Shown: piece by piece, positions 17,500 through 26,846 of the stretch
Numbering within the stretch: the first letter of the stretch is position 1
How the letters are laid out: the number at the start of each line of letters is the position of its first letter
Notes under the pieces: model-generated
What the model saw: only the letters and a program-made list of their open reading frames with translations
Databases searched by the model: none
What the model was told of the DNA's origin: nothing
Translations under genes and position numbers: made by a program
DNA from: a virus
Virus record (IMG/VR): IMGVR_UViG_3300021962_000032
Length of the DNA stretch: 64,000 nt
Direction: 5' to 3' (one strand)

Positions 17500-17793
17500 T
17501 CAAACGATTAATTTTTTATTAGGAGTCATGAGTTTACTGCCAAACATTTGATTATATTGTTCAACGATACCTTCGTCTGGATCAGCAACGTAAATAATAA
17601 ACTTTAAAGATACTTCAATTTCTTGATTTTCTTTACTCAAAAGTGGAGACCAAGGAGCAAATCCGATCTTTCCCATTTCAGATGGAAAAGCAACAATAGG
17701 ATTCTTGAATTTTAAGTAAGTATCTGTTTCTTCTACAATATTGGTGATTACATCTTCACCAGTGGAAAGACGAACCAATTTTACATTTAACAT
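17500..17793 (-). CDS. Small Sm-like-fold family protein (paralog 2)
   Basis: 'VKLVRLSTGEDVI...KNPI...FAPW...IIYVADP...QYNQMFG'. Confidence 0.65.
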   Translation of the reverse strand: MLNVKLVRLSTGEDVITNIVEETDTYLKFKNPIVAFPSEMGKIGFAPWSPLLSKENQEIEVSLKFIIYVADPDEGIVEQYNQMFGSKLMTPNKKLIV

Positions 17794-17802
17794 TTTAAAA
17801 CC

Positions 17803-18750
17803 TCATTTGAACTCACATTCTACCATGATTTCAGTCAATGCTGCAAGAAGATTAATTTCTTGGTCAGCAACAAAAGCAGATTGATATTGATATTTTGCAA
17901 TGATCAAAATTGCTGCTGGGACTGTATTTGGAGTTAGATATTGATAGCAGGCATCATAAATCTTACGAAGAATAATTCCCGAATCATTATCAAGATTAGA
18001 AACTACCCATTTACGAACATCATTAAACTTCTTCTCTTTAAGATTTTTAACCAGTTCATCTACAGCAACGTCAGAGAACATTGCAAGGATTCCCGTGTCA
18101 ATTTTACCACTGACAGAATACCTTTGGCATTCATTCAGAATCCTTCTCCAATCTGGGAAGTGACTATTTATGACTTGAATTAAAACTCTATCATCATATT
18201 CAATCAAGTTTTGATCCAGGATTGCTTTTAATCGTTCCATAAACTGAACTGCAAGTTTTGCCTTTTCCTTACCTTTGATGGAAAAGTCAATAACTGCACA
18301 TCGACTATGAAGTGGTTCAAGAATCTTATTCTTGTAGTTGCAAGTGAAGATGAACCTACAGTTATTACTAAACTGCTCGATGTTTGCCCTCAAAAGAAGT
18401 TGAACATCGTTTCCAGTATTATCAGCCTCATCAATAATAATAACTTTGTGCTTAGCATCTGATGTCATTGAAACTGTAGAAGCAAAATTCTTTGCCTGAT
18501 TCCTTACAGTATCAAGAAATCTTCCTTCATCAGATCCATTGATGTAATAGTAATCAACTCCCAGTTCTTCACACAATGCCTTTGCTACTGTGGTTTTACC
18601 TACACCAGGAGGTCCAGAGAGAAGCAAGTGAGGAATTTCACCCTTCTCTACGAATTGTTTGAATGATTCTTTTGTCTTTTCGGGAAGAATACATTCATCA
18701 ATAGTTTTGGGTCGATATTGCTCAACCCAAAGAAAATCAGTTTTGTTCAT
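17803..18750 (-). CDS. gp44: Clamp loader AAA+ subunit gp44
   Basis: WVEQYRP, GPPGVGKT, IIDEAD, SRC. Confidence 0.97.
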   Translation of the reverse strand: MNKTDFLWVEQYRPKTIDECILPEKTKESFKQFVEKGEIPHLLLSGPPGVGKTTVAKALCEELGVDYYYINGSDEGRFLDTVRNQAKNFASTVSMTSDAKHKVIIIDEADNTGNDVQLLLRANIEQFSNNCRFIFTCNYKNKILEPLHSRCAVIDFSIKGKEKAKLAVQFMERLKAILDQNLIEYDDRVLIQVINSHFPDWRRILNECQRYSVSGKIDTGILAMFSDVAVDELVKNLKEKKFNDVRKWVVSNLDNDSGIILRKIYDACYQYLTPNTVPAAILIIAKYQYQSAFVADQEINLLAALTEIMVECEFK

Positions 18751-18753
18751 AAT

Positions 18754-19266
18754 TTAGATCCATTCAGGTTTTCGTTGCGGCATACGAAGATAATTAGATG
18801 CAACCCAAGGTTTGGATGCGATATACATCTTGTAAGCAGTAAAAGTGTCAATGCTTGTATCAAATTTATACTCATCTGGCATAGCACGGGTAAATTCGGT
18901 TACTTCAGTGATCTTCCCCTTAGGAAACAGATAATAAGCATCCACAAGTGTCTTGTAGCAAGAATGAGTTTTTCCATAACGGAGTGCATATTCATCACAG
19001 AGATTCATTCCATGCTTGATCAACCAATAGGCATTATGAATACTTTCAAGTGCCCATTTCGTACATGGATGATTACGGAAAGCACCCTTCTCAGTTTTGT
19101 AGGGTGTATCATCAGATTTATAGAGATTGCCGTATCCATGCCCCCATTTGTCAGACGCAACAATGGAAAGCATTTGACAGCACTCCAGAGGCATCTTAAC
19201 GATATGCTTATCGGGCAGACAGATGGCAGATTCTGCTGGCCAAGGAGAAGTCACAAAGATGTTCAT
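18754..19266 (-). CDS. Pyrimidine-dimer DNA glycosylase/DenV-like protein
   Basis: 'MNIF...DKHIVKMPLECCQMLS...HPCTKW...EY..RYGKTH...AMPDEYK'. Confidence 0.75.
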   Translation of the reverse strand: MNIFVTSPWPAESAICLPDKHIVKMPLECCQMLSIVASDKWGHGYGNLYKSDDTPYKTEKGAFRNHPCTKWALESIHNAYWLIKHGMNLCDEYALRYGKTHSCYKTLVDAYYLFPKGKITEVTEFTRAMPDEYKFDTSIDTFTAYKMYIASKPWVASNYLRMPQRKPEWI

Positions 19267-19481
19267 AATGAAAGTTCAATGATTTTAGAGGCATCGATGA
19301 CTGAGAAGAATGCTTCCAGACCAACTACGTCCCATGCCCGTATCTTAACAGCAAATGGGATCATTGCCAAGTTCCCGATCAGTCGTGCAATGCATCCAAT
19401 CTTAACGTCAACATAAAGAATAAGGAAGTATCCCACTATAAGCAGGACACTTCCCAAAATTCTAAGAACAGTAGATGTCAT
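19263..19481 (-). CDS. Small multi-pass membrane protein
   Basis: 72 aa with about three hydrophobic helices; coupled to both neighbours by ATGA overlaps. Confidence 0.65.
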   Translation of the reverse strand: MTSTVLRILGSVLLIVGYFLILYVDVKIGCIARLIGNLAMIPFAVKIRAWDVVGLEAFFSVIDASKIIELSL

Positions 19482-20146
19482 TCAAATTCGCAATCTGGTT
19501 CCAAAGCAATATAATACATAAGATTCATATCTTTACTCTTAAAGCTTGAAATCAGTTTTTTGCCGATAACTACTTCATAAGAACCGGGAAGAATTTTAAT
19601 ATTCTCAACTTTAAAATTCAAAACAAATTTAGAGTCAGTTTCTCCAACAATGATTGAATATTCATTTGAAGTATCATTCTTTTTGTCACGGACAACAAGT
19701 TTTACAACACCAGAATCACCAACTACAGATAAATCTGGAACACTGTAAACATTAGATGCTTTCAGAAGTTTATCAAGTTGATCAGTTTCAAGATTGAAAG
19801 AAACAATTTCATCTTCAACAGAAACTTTTTTATCTGGATTTGGAGTGACAATTACATTTTCATCCGCAAAGAAAAATTTGGTTCTAGATTTTCCTTCACG
19901 AATTACCACATAACCATCATTTTCAAAATCAAACTCTGGATTCTTATAAAGGCTTATGCCAGAAAGAAATTGAGAAAGTTCATAGATTCCAAAGTTCTTT
20001 GGAATATCTTCTTCAATAACTGCTTCTGCAAGAATATTTTTCATTACGGAAACTGTACGAAGAGTATTTCCCTTTCTAAAAAGAATCGATTGATTGATAG
20101 TAGAAAAGTTTTTGAGCAGATTGTTAGTTTTTTCAGAAAGTTTCAT
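19478..20146 (-). CDS. gp45: Sliding clamp gp45
   Basis: MKLS..T..LLKNFSTINQSI, FGIYELSQFL, FKVENIKILPGSY, YYIALE; start at MKLS. Confidence 0.95.
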   Translation of the reverse strand: MKLSEKTNNLLKNFSTINQSILFRKGNTLRTVSVMKNILAEAVIEEDIPKNFGIYELSQFLSGISLYKNPEFDFENDGYVVIREGKSRTKFFFADENVIVTPNPDKKVSVEDEIVSFNLETDQLDKLLKASNVYSVPDLSVVGDSGVVKLVVRDKKNDTSNEYSIIVGETDSKFVLNFKVENIKILPGSYEVVIGKKLISSFKSKDMNLMYYIALEPDCEFE

Positions 20147-20813
20147 AACGGTCAGTAGTATTTTTGTGGAATCCTGCGAAGTGGTACAGAAGAATACCAT
20201 AATGGATAATCTTCAATGCGTCAAGCTTTGAAAAACCATTCTTTTTTCCAAACCTTGCGGAGTATTTGATAAGGTTGTCTCGACAAAAAGGAACCCCATC
20301 CCCAATTGCTTCAATGATGTCAAGAACTTGTACCTTTGATTCTTCGGAAGTATAGTGTTGATGATAAGTACTTGAAATATAATCTTCAGCTGCTTTTAAG
20401 GTCTTATCTTCATTAAATTTCCAAAATCCATTTTTATTATCACCACCATTCATAACATTATTATCAATTGCTTTGGGAGTTTCTGGTTTTTCATTTTTAT
20501 ATTTTTTGGGATCAAATTCATCCACTTTCATTTCCGTAGAGGGATAATTTTGATTGGCATATTCATTAAAATTCATTGATGCCGTTTGTTGACTTTTTGC
20601 TTTTTTAATTAGTTCTTGTACCTGAGCTAAAGATTGTTTTTGCTCTTCTGGGATTTGCATATAACAATCGGAACAGGAACTTTCGTCTTCCATATTTTGT
20701 TCCAAAAGTTTTCTCAAATCTTCTGGAAGTTGTATTGGAGATTGATCTCTTGTGGGCATTCCACTCATAAACATATTAATCCCTGGATAGGGCATTCCTT
20801 CATTTTGGTTCAT
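20133..20813 (-). CDS. Conserved cyanophage protein (DUF3310-like C-terminal domain) with a low-complexity N-terminal extension
   Basis: 'KFNEDK.L...DYI..TY.QHY...FCRDNLIKYSARFGKKNG...KIIHY'. Confidence 0.7.
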   Translation of the reverse strand: MNQNEGMPYPGINMFMSGMPTRDQSPIQLPEDLRKLLEQNMEDESSCSDCYMQIPEEQKQSLAQVQELIKKAKSQQTASMNFNEYANQNYPSTEMKVDEFDPKKYKNEKPETPKAIDNNVMNGGDNKNGFWKFNEDKTLKAAEDYISSTYHQHYTSEESKVQVLDIIEAIGDGVPFCRDNLIKYSARFGKKNGFSKLDALKIIHYGILLYHFAGFHKNTTDRYETF

Positions 20814-20846
20814 AAAATTTCAATAGAATAATTTCCATCTTAATTC

Positions 20847-20875
20847 ATTGTATCAAAGTTATTCGATTTAGTCAA
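20847..20875 (-). promoter_or_regulatory. Sigma70-type promoter
   Basis: TTGACT, 17-nt spacer, TACAAT (preceded by TG) upstream of the clamp/clamp-loader operon. Confidence 0.8.
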
Positions 20876-20881
20876 ATCGAC

Positions 20882-22591
20882 TTATGCAATTTGACTAAAC
20901 CCCTTGCACTTTTCAAATTTTACAACGTTTTCAAATCTATCTTCCATACCAACTTTATGGGAGATTATAAAAATATTTGAATCCTTAACAACATATCTAA
21001 TGATTTTGATGAATTCTTCCGTTCCATTTCCATCAAGAGAACTATCAAATACTTCATCCATAATCAAAAGATTTGTATTTGTTGAGTTTTTAAGTTTGGC
21101 AACTTCTCTCCAAGTGAAAAGAAGTGCCAAATCGATTCGTTGTCTTTCACCCTCACTAAAAGATCCATAAGTAAAATCTTCATGAATAGGAGATTGAACT
21201 GTTTCGTTGAACTCTTCGTCCAGAGAAAAATTAATATAAAAATCCATCATTTGCAAATATCTGTTTACTTGCTGATTAATTAGTGGGAGATATTTTTTAA
21301 TGATGGTAGTTTTTACACCAGAATCTTTTAAAAGACCGTAACAGAAATCGTAGTATGAAATTGTTTCTTTCTTTTCGGATAATTCCTCAAAGATGCTATT
21401 CAGTTTTTGTTTGAATTGAGCTAACTTCTCATGTTCAATATTCTCGTTTTCCAGGTTATTGGTAATTCTTTGAATTTCCTTTTCAAGATCTCCGATTCGT
21501 TTTTGGAATCCAGAGATTCTAAGATTATTTTGAGAAATTTCATGCGTTAGGTTAGTGACTTCTTTTGAAATTTTAAGAAAATGACTTTCTCTAATTTCTT
21601 CATCACGAATTGTCTGCTCAAGTTCTTTATAACCAGATTGCAGTTCTTTTGCCTTGTTTATGGCATCACTAATTCTATTTAATCTAAAAGATTCTTCTAT
21701 ATTTTGTGTGCAGGTAGGGCATACCGAATTATTACGGAAAAACTCATGCTCTTCAGTAATCGTTGCTACTTTTTGTGAGAGTTTACCTTTAATTGAAGCA
21801 AGTTTTTTTAACTTATCTTTAGAGCTGGATAAATCTTCCAGTTCTTTTGTATATGAAAATATTTCTTCTTCGTACTTATTATTATATCCAAAGCAAACTT
21901 CCACTTGACTATTAATCAAATTTATTTCTTTTTTGTTTTCTTTTATTTTAGTTTCGCCTTCATTTTGAATTTTTTGGATAAAATCTTCTTGCATTGAAAT
22001 TTTATCCTTCAAAGAATCTTTCGATAAGTCCAAAGTTTTAACTTGATCTTTAAGTTCTTTGATTTTATCTTTAACCAAAGAATTCATAGACGAAAATATT
22101 TTTATATCCAAAAGATCTTCAATAACTTCTCGTCTATTTGATGCACTTAATTGCATAAACGGAACAAAATTACTACTTCCAATAATTACAACTTGTGTAA
22201 AGGATTTGTAGTTCATTTTAAGAACGGATTGTTCAAACCATTTTTGTTGGTCCGTTACAGAGGATTGTTGATCTATTGCCTTTCCATTTCGTTCGATCAC
22301 AAAAATAGATGGTTTAATCCCACGAATTACTTTCCAAGAAACTGTTCCTATTTTAAATTCTATTTCTATAACACAATCTTTATCATTTGCAGAATTGATT
22401 AGTTGAGATTTATTAATTCCACGAAATGATTTTCCAAACAATCCGAAAGTAATCGCATCAAGAATTGTACTTTTTCCAGCACCATTTTGACCTATTATGA
22501 GGGTTGTTTTATTTTTTTCTAAATCAATTTCTATGAAATGATTTCCCGTACTTAAAAAGTTTTTCCAACGAATTTTTTCAAATAATATCAT
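20882..22591 (-). CDS. gp46: Rad50/SbcC-like recombination ATPase gp46
   Basis: GQNGAGKS, zinc hook CPTC, FSEGE, DEVFDSSLD, ISH. Confidence 0.97.
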   Translation of the reverse strand: MILFEKIRWKNFLSTGNHFIEIDLEKNKTTLIIGQNGAGKSTILDAITFGLFGKSFRGINKSQLINSANDKDCVIEIEFKIGTVSWKVIRGIKPSIFVIERNGKAIDQQSSVTDQQKWFEQSVLKMNYKSFTQVVIIGSSNFVPFMQLSASNRREVIEDLLDIKIFSSMNSLVKDKIKELKDQVKTLDLSKDSLKDKISMQEDFIQKIQNEGETKIKENKKEINLINSQVEVCFGYNNKYEEEIFSYTKELEDLSSSKDKLKKLASIKGKLSQKVATITEEHEFFRNNSVCPTCTQNIEESFRLNRISDAINKAKELQSGYKELEQTIRDEEIRESHFLKISKEVTNLTHEISQNNLRISGFQKRIGDLEKEIQRITNNLENENIEHEKLAQFKQKLNSIFEELSEKKETISYYDFCYGLLKDSGVKTTIIKKYLPLINQQVNRYLQMMDFYINFSLDEEFNETVQSPIHEDFTYGSFSEGERQRIDLALLFTWREVAKLKNSTNTNLLIMDEVFDSSLDGNGTEEFIKIIRYVVKDSNIFIISHKVGMEDRFENVVKFEKCKGFSQIA

Positions 22592-22850
22592 TTTCTTCAG
22601 GCGGAATCACAAAATCAAAAGAAGTAAACACTGAATATTCATAACCATTTTCTTTACATGCGTGTAAAATATCTTCATCATCTATTTCAACGACTCTCAT
22701 GGGAGGATATCCTCTATCAATTTCAAGCATCATAGCAAATCGTGTTGCATCATCTTCTTCTTCAAACATATAAAGTATCTGATCTCCATATTCATTTGTT
22801 ACACAATAAGCACCAGATTCTTCTCTATCTTTAATGGCGATGATAAACAT
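22578..22850 (-). CDS. Conserved acidic hypothetical protein between g47 and g46
   Basis: 90 aa, 'LYMFEEEDDATRFAMML...VIPP'. Confidence 0.75.
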   Translation of the reverse strand: MFIIAIKDREESGAYCVTNEYGDQILYMFEEEDDATRFAMMLEIDRGYPPMRVVEIDDEDILHACKENGYEYSVFTSFDFVIPPEENDII

Positions 22851-22851
22851 T

Positions 22852-23892
22852 TTACACCATTTCGCAAGATTCTTTGTAAAGATCCCTCATAATATTTTTA
22901 ATTTTTGTTTTATCCATAGTAATTTCTGAATCTTCAATATATCTATCCAATATAGAAACAGTATCTTCGGATTCAATTTCTTCAATTTCTTCTGAGAGAG
23001 TAATATCAAAATTTTCTACTATTTTAACTTCAGATACATTTGAACTGTAAAGTTTGTCTAAAAATTTTTCAAATTCAAATTGATTAGATTTAGTTTTAAC
23101 AACTACCTTGACAATTTTATTCTCATACTTAGAAAAATTAAATTTTTTAATCGAAGTATCATCATAATTAATAACTTCAAATATATTATATGGATTATCT
23201 ACATGAAAATGTTCAAGAGTTTCAGTATCTAAAATAGTAAATCCTCTCGTATCATTTACATCTGTCCAATATATTTCATAGGGATTTCCCAAGTAATAAA
23301 TTTTTCCGTCAGTTGATCTGGTGTGATAATGACCAGAGTAAACACGCTTAAATTTATCAAATGGTTTAGTTTCCAAACCATGCTCCATAATGATTTGTCG
23401 ATTAACTCGGAATCCTGCAAACTCAAGGTGCCCCATTGCACACTCACAAGTGCTCTTTTTAATTTCACTAAAAGTATTTTTTTGATTTTCCTCATTAATC
23501 CAAGGCAATAACAATACTTTAAGATCTCCAAGTTTAATTTCAGTTGGATCAGAATAAACTTTTACATTTGAATATTCTCTCAAAAGAAGATCAACTGCAT
23601 TTACTTGATTGGTATTTTTATAATAAGCAGTATGATTTCCAACAATAGTATGGACTTGTACTCCCATTTCTTGAAGTCGATCATAATAGTGATTTTTTGC
23701 CCAAGAAAGAGCTGAAAAATCAATACCTTTACGACTATCAAAAGTATCTCCCATGTCAACGACAGTGGTTATACTTTCTTTTTCTATGGTAGGAAAAAAA
23801 ATATTATTGTAAAAATTTAAAAAATGATCATGAAACAATTTGGAATTTTTTCTTGCTCCAAAGTGTTGGTCAGTAATAATTGCTATTTTCAT
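22852..23892 (-). CDS. gp47: Mre11/SbcD-like nuclease gp47
   Basis: DQHFG, GDTFD, GNH, SGHYH, YLGNPY. Confidence 0.97.
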   Translation of the reverse strand: MKIAIITDQHFGARKNSKLFHDHFLNFYNNIFFPTIEKESITTVVDMGDTFDSRKGIDFSALSWAKNHYYDRLQEMGVQVHTIVGNHTAYYKNTNQVNAVDLLLREYSNVKVYSDPTEIKLGDLKVLLLPWINEENQKNTFSEIKKSTCECAMGHLEFAGFRVNRQIIMEHGLETKPFDKFKRVYSGHYHTRSTDGKIYYLGNPYEIYWTDVNDTRGFTILDTETLEHFHVDNPYNIFEVINYDDTSIKKFNFSKYENKIVKVVVKTKSNQFEFEKFLDKLYSSNVSEVKIVENFDITLSEEIEEIESEDTVSILDRYIEDSEITMDKTKIKNIMRDLYKESCEMV

Positions 23893-24390
23893 TCAACCAC
23901 GAAGTTTAGAGTGAACGGAATCCTTGATCGAATTATAATCACTATAATTCATTCCGTCAATACCGGAATCATCATGAAAAACTTCATCATAACCAGTGCG
24001 CTCAAGAATTTTATTTTTAATCTCTAGTTGACGTTTTTCTCTTTGTATTCTTCTCAAAAATGCGTAGTGAATAATTTGAGTAAAATATGCAAATGGGTTG
24101 GTAGATTTTTCTGGATTGAAATTATGAATATATTGAATGCAATTTTCAATACCATCAGAAATCATATCATCCTTAAAAATATAATTTACGAAATTTGGTT
24201 TAAAAGACAAGTGTGTTGCTATTTTTAAAAAGCATTCCCCAATATAATTATTAATTCTTGGTTTTGGATCACCTCTTTCTTCAGATTCCTTTAATTGCTT
24301 TTTATATTCTATCAAAGCTTCTAAAAAATCTTTATTATTGACATAATGAACTGATCTCTTTCTTTTTGTCATGGTTGCAGTATTAAACAT
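23893..24390 (-). CDS. gp55: Late transcription sigma factor gp55
   Basis: HYVNNKDF, MISDGIENC, NPFAYFTQI, AFLRRIQREK. Confidence 0.96.
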   Translation of the reverse strand: MFNTATMTKRKRSVHYVNNKDFLEALIEYKKQLKESEERGDPKPRINNYIGECFLKIATHLSFKPNFVNYIFKDDMISDGIENCIQYIHNFNPEKSTNPFAYFTQIIHYAFLRRIQREKRQLEIKNKILERTGYDEVFHDDSGIDGMNYSDYNSIKDSVHSKLRG

Positions 24391-24416
24391 AATTTATTTT
24401 AATGTATTATGTAGAC

Positions 24417-24445
24417 ATTATAACATTTTCATTGATATTAAACAA
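24417..24445 (-). promoter_or_regulatory. Sigma70-type promoter for g55
   Basis: TTGTTT, 17-nt spacer ending TGT, TATAAT (extended -10). Confidence 0.75.
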
Positions 24446-24449
24446 CCTA

Positions 24450-24479
24450 TTGACAGACCAGTTAGATTGTGATTATAAT
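24450..24479 (+). promoter_or_regulatory. Divergent sigma70-type promoter pointing antisense into the uvsW operon
   Basis: TTGACA, 18-nt spacer, TATAAT on the plus strand. Confidence 0.65.
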
Positions 24480-24508
24480 AGGTTTGTTAACCGTAAAGAT
24501 AATTTATA

Positions 24509-24898
24509 CTAAGATTTATTGAATATCTTTTCAAGTAGTATTTTAGCATCGTTTATATTTGTTATGTATCCCATTTCTCTAGTTACATCATTTCTATTTG
24601 ATTTTGAATTATTAAATTTTCTAACAAAAGATTGATGTATTTTAATCATTTCAATATCATCGGTCTCAGATATTGTAATAATTTTTTCCATGTTTAAAAT
24701 AAACATGTCTTCTTTTGTTGTTTTTATCCATGGTTCTATTTTATATCCATTTGATCCATTTCTGGATTTCATTTCAGTTATAGTAATTGGATTTGTAACT
24801 AATAAATTTATTCCAGTTTTTTCTTCACAAGGAACAACTCTGGCAAATATTTCCTCACCACTAATTAATTTTATAGACGCATAAAAATCATCTTCCAT
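24509..24898 (-). CDS. Small Sm-like-fold family protein (paralog 1)
   Basis: 'IKLISGEEIFARV...TNPI...EPWI...KIITISE'. Confidence 0.65.
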   Translation of the reverse strand: MEDDFYASIKLISGEEIFARVVPCEEKTGINLLVTNPITITEMKSRNGSNGYKIEPWIKTTKEDMFILNMEKIITISETDDIEMIKIHQSFVRKFNNSKSNRNDVTREMGYITNINDAKILLEKIFNKS

Positions 24899-26372
24899 CT
24901 ATGGTTTCCTCTTTTTCTATATTAATTGGTATTATCTCATAGTTGAAATCTTCTTCCACATAAATTTTAATTCTTTCTATGAAATGATTTAATGTATAGT
25001 TTTTCTTTGAATTGTACGTTGCATCATCTGCAATATCATAAAGGGTAGCTGTATCTTTATTTTTACCCTTTCTTAAAACTCTTCCAATACTTTGAAGATT
25101 TCTTATTCTTGATTTACTGGGAGATGCAAAAATGATATTATGTAATCTTTTTATAGAAATACCTGTACTAAAAACACCATAAGAAGCAACAATAATCGCA
25201 TTATTTTCTTTTTCAGTAATTTGCCTTATTGCTTCTCGTTCTTCTGCATCCACTCCACCATGTACAAAGAAGATTTTTCTATTACCTTCTTTGCTATTAT
25301 TTATTAAATTAAATAGTATCTCACCATGAGTTTCTACTCTTGAAAATAAAATAAGAGTATTTCCTTTTAAACTAAGGGCTAAATTTTTTATAAATTTATT
25401 TCTTTTTTGACTTCTAATAATGAATTGAATTTCATCTTCATAGGTATCAAATTTTTGAGGTTTATGTTTTAATAATAAACAGAAAATATCTAATTGAGAT
25501 GCTCTTCCCTTCTCAATCATCTCAGATGTTCCTATTGTCTTATAAGAAGGTCCAAATAAACCACATACAACCCATTCATGAGTACTACTTCCAGATAAAG
25601 TTCCAGTAAATCCAAATCTATATTTTGCATTATGACACTTTTTCATAATGTCAATTAATGATTTAGATTTGGCAGTATGAGCTTCGTCTACAATTACGCA
25701 ATCAAAATCCTCAAAGAACTTTTTGGGAAGAGTATAAAGAGATTGCCATGTAGAAAGAGTAACGGGCATGTCAGTATGCTTTTCTCTGCCAGAATAAATC
25801 AAGTGGCAATTATTTTCAGCATCCCACCCATAATCACTGAAGTCATTAAACATCTGACGAACAAGTGATGTAGTAGGAAATACAATTAATATTTTTTTAC
25901 CTTTTGCAACATAATATCTTATGATCGAATAAATCATAAGAGATTTACCCGATGCTGTTGGACTCAATATGAGTTTTCTATTGTATCTGAGGCACTCATA
26001 AACACCGTTTATTTGGTAGTCATATGGATCATGACTACAAATAGATTTCATGTACTCTGTGACTCCTTCTGGACATATCTCCTCGTTCACTTCAAAAGGA
26101 AGTCCGTAGTACTTGTTTTCTTTGAATGTATAATCGTAATTATATGTTTTTAATTTAGCAACAACTTTATCAAGAAGACCAGCGTACACTTCTCCAGTAT
26201 GTGTACTTAATAACCTAATCTTCCCATCCCAATGCTTGTTTCTCATGTGCGGCATAAACTTTGCCCCCTCAACATCAAATGTAAAGTGAGGTTCAAGTTC
26301 ATACAAAACATGAGGTTCACATTCTAATTTAATGTAAACCTCATTCTTTTTAGTGATTGCCACATCAGTCAT
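24888..26372 (-). CDS. uvsW: SF2 DNA helicase UvsW
   Basis: SPTASGKS, DEAH, TGT, QSIGRVLR. Confidence 0.97.
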   Translation of the reverse strand: MTDVAITKKNEVYIKLECEPHVLYELEPHFTFDVEGAKFMPHMRNKHWDGKIRLLSTHTGEVYAGLLDKVVAKLKTYNYDYTFKENKYYGLPFEVNEEICPEGVTEYMKSICSHDPYDYQINGVYECLRYNRKLILSPTASGKSLMIYSIIRYYVAKGKKILIVFPTTSLVRQMFNDFSDYGWDAENNCHLIYSGREKHTDMPVTLSTWQSLYTLPKKFFEDFDCVIVDEAHTAKSKSLIDIMKKCHNAKYRFGFTGTLSGSSTHEWVVCGLFGPSYKTIGTSEMIEKGRASQLDIFCLLLKHKPQKFDTYEDEIQFIIRSQKRNKFIKNLALSLKGNTLILFSRVETHGEILFNLINNSKEGNRKIFFVHGGVDAEEREAIRQITEKENNAIIVASYGVFSTGISIKRLHNIIFASPSKSRIRNLQSIGRVLRKGKNKDTATLYDIADDATYNSKKNYTLNHFIERIKIYVEEDFNYEIIPINIEKEETIDGR

Positions 26373-26393
26373 GAAGTATTGCTATAACTGATA

Positions 26394-26400
26394 TATTTAG
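26394..26400 (-). promoter_or_regulatory. Late promoter CTAAATA upstream of uvsW
   Basis: Motif about 20 nt upstream of the ATG. Confidence 0.55.
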
Positions 26401-26405
26401 ATTTG

Positions 26406-26843
26406 TTATCCTAACCCACTCATGAATTTTTGATATTCAATTGCGTTTTTAATTTGATAAGTGCGATTATGAATTGTTTTAATTATGTCTTCCAAATAAC
26501 GAAGCATAATATCATAGTATTCTACTTTGAGTGAAACTTGAGCAAGGGTTTCATCCGCATCCAAATATTGTCGTAAAGTATCTTTATCACGTATTTTTTT
26601 AGGGAATGGATTCTCCACATACTCATCAGGATCCGCTTTTCCAGAATAATACTCATGACGATTTTTCCTTACTGTTCTTTTTTTGTTTTCTGCACTTGCT
26701 CTGAGAATTGTTACTTTATTATATAAATCAAAATATTTTGCATGTAGGACTGGAACATTTAAAGATTCCGTATGAAGATTATCTATATCTATTTTTGAAT
26801 CTTTTTCCCACATTGATTGTATTGTATCTAAATCAATTGCCAT
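26406..26843 (-). CDS. uvsY: Recombination mediator UvsY
   Basis: 'WEKDSKID...LHAKY...YYSGK...RTYQIKNAIE'; synteny. Confidence 0.92.
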   Translation of the reverse strand: MAIDLDTIQSMWEKDSKIDIDNLHTESLNVPVLHAKYFDLYNKVTILRASAENKKRTVRKNRHEYYSGKADPDEYVENPFPKKIRDKDTLRQYLDADETLAQVSLKVEYYDIMLRYLEDIIKTIHNRTYQIKNAIEYQKFMSGLG

Positions 26844-26846
26844 AAT

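Noticed and set aside
20147-20200. 18-aa N-terminal extension of gp45 given in the ORF track
   Set aside because: It overlaps the upstream gene; gp45 proteins start at MKLS.
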